From contig JAKMXF010000244.1 in assembly GCA_024704765.1 (NCBI GenBank), forward strand, positions 363,905-427,904: 64,000 bases of DNA. Direction: 5' to 3'. The number at the start of each line of letters is the position of its first letter. Within the stretch, counting starts at the first letter, position 1. This document shows, piece by piece, positions 62,874 to 64,000 of the stretch. Source of the stretch: Oopsacas minuta (taxonomy: Eukaryota; Animalia; Porifera). The position numbers and the translations under genes are program-made. The notes beneath the pieces were generated by a model, which was given only the letters and a program-made list of their open reading frames with translations, made no database searches and was not told the DNA's origin.

Positions 62874-63597
62874 CTAAAGCTGCTGTTGTTGATCATTTTC
62901 TAAAAGTCTCTGCTTTTTATGACGATAATAATCCCTCTGCTCTTCAATCAGCTGTAGTTGAGCCGAGAATACTTCCATCTGTTTAAGGAGCACTTCTCGT
63001 TGCAGAGGAAGTAAATCAGAGACCGATGTTGACTGTTCGATGCTCCTCTTACGCCTACGCCTTCCCTCTGACGACTGTTAACTACAGTAACTTCTGGTCC
63101 CTCAAACACTGGTGTTACTTCTCTGCTTTCACTAATCTCGGTGTGTGAAGGCAATGCTGTTGGGGCTTGAAACATATCAACACTACCACATATTCCAGTG
63201 AACGCTGGCGTACTTGAGAACATCTGGGATACTCTCTCCGTCACAGATGTGGATAATTCCCTATCAGAGCTTAGGATCCGGATGTCTTCATCCTCCACTT
63301 CACCAGCTTCATTTGGCCCTCCTCCTGTCCTCCTCGCTTCCCTTCGACTGGAATCCACACGGGCTTTTGCGGAACCTTTTAGATTGTTCCACTTCTCCTT
63401 TATATCTTTCACATCTCGGTTGTTGCCATGGATGGAATTGATTTTCTTCATAACGTTGTTCCAAAGCCTCGTCTTTTTTTGTTTATCTCCGCGCACTGAC
63501 CAGCAATACCTCTCAATATATCTCCAGCATCCTGGATTGCCTCAATGAGTGTATACTCCTCCTCCTTTGTCCAATTTACTTTGCGACCTTTGTCCAT
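62874..63597 (-). pseudogene. Harbinger Myb/SANT-like DNA-binding protein with two frameshifts (near 63480 and 63020)
   Basis: MDKGRKVNWTKEEEYTLIEAI...LWNNVMKKINS...DIKEKWNNLK...RRTGGGP followed by a coiled-coil tail (QREVLLKQMEV...QQQL*). Confidence 0.82.
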
Positions 63598-63712
63598 ACT
63601 CTTGCTTTGGAATATCAATAACCTCCACCAATTTATAGTTTTCATAATGCAACAACTAGCTCCCAATTCAAGTGCGATACTTGATACATTTCACAAGTAA
63701 TTATCCCAACTT

Positions 63713-63789
63713 CAAAGACCAACACCCTACTTAGATGATTCAGAACTACAAAGACCAACATCCTACTTAGATGTTTCAAAACTACAAAA
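63713..63789. repeat. 36-bp tandem duplication inside the Harbinger element
   Basis: CAAAGACCAACA(C/T)CCTACTTAGATG(A/T)TTCA(G/A)AACTA, two copies plus a partial. Confidence 0.85.
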
Positions 63790-64000
63790 ATCCATGTTAC
63801 CTTATAATCACTAACTGTACAAAATGTTTTCATATCTACATCACAACATATATACTATGTGAATTTAGTTGCTGAAATTATGAATAGAAAATTGATCTCT
63901 GTAATGCTTTGATGCCAGATGCCCAACAGTTTCTTCAAAGTCAAGAACATCATCCGGATAGGAATCATCGGAGACTTCATCTTCTAAGAGAGGTTGTTTC

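Larger units (their letters stand above)
62579..64000 (-). mobile_element. PIF/Harbinger element (3' part; continues beyond the window)
   Basis: Terminus GGGCCGTATTCAC with palindromic TACTTAAGTA subterminal arrays, a Myb/SANT ORF, and an acidic C-terminal tail ending ...KHYRDQFSIHNFSN* at 63865-63999, as expected for the Harbinger nuclease. Confidence 0.75.

Noticed and set aside
63713-63789. 36-bp direct repeats as a CRISPR array
   Set aside because: The units are adjacent with no spacers, there are only two copies, and the context is a eukaryotic transposon.

Overview
This is AT-rich eukaryotic (animal) genomic DNA with one 74-nt assembly gap at 30792-30865; no prokaryotic features, CRISPR arrays, rRNA or tRNA were seen. 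The window lies inside one minus-strand host gene, UBR4 (p600/BIG-type E3 ligase). I reconstructed 8 phase-consistent exons (3000-60937, 1887 coding nt) separated by introns up to 18.4 kb. The introns are filled almost entirely with DNA transposons: four mariner, two Tc1, pogo and hAT MITEs, a Chapaev3, a young Chapaev with an intact 658-aa transposase, a PIF/Harbinger with its Myb/SANT gene, and at least four copies of a RAG1-like (Transib-lineage) transposon. The most interesting element is 36837-39834. It has a perfect 5-bp TSD, ends that begin with the exact V(D)J RSS heptamer CACAGTG, a 720-codon RAG1-core-like gene with only two nonsense codons, and no RAG2. Its ends are bipartite and asymmetric (heptamer to AATAGG box: 14 bp left, 23 bp right), and three more heptamer ends elsewhere in the window repeat the short (10-14) versus long (22-23) pattern. 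The host resembles a non-bilaterian such as a glass sponge, but that is my impression of the protein families and cannot be verified from this sequence.
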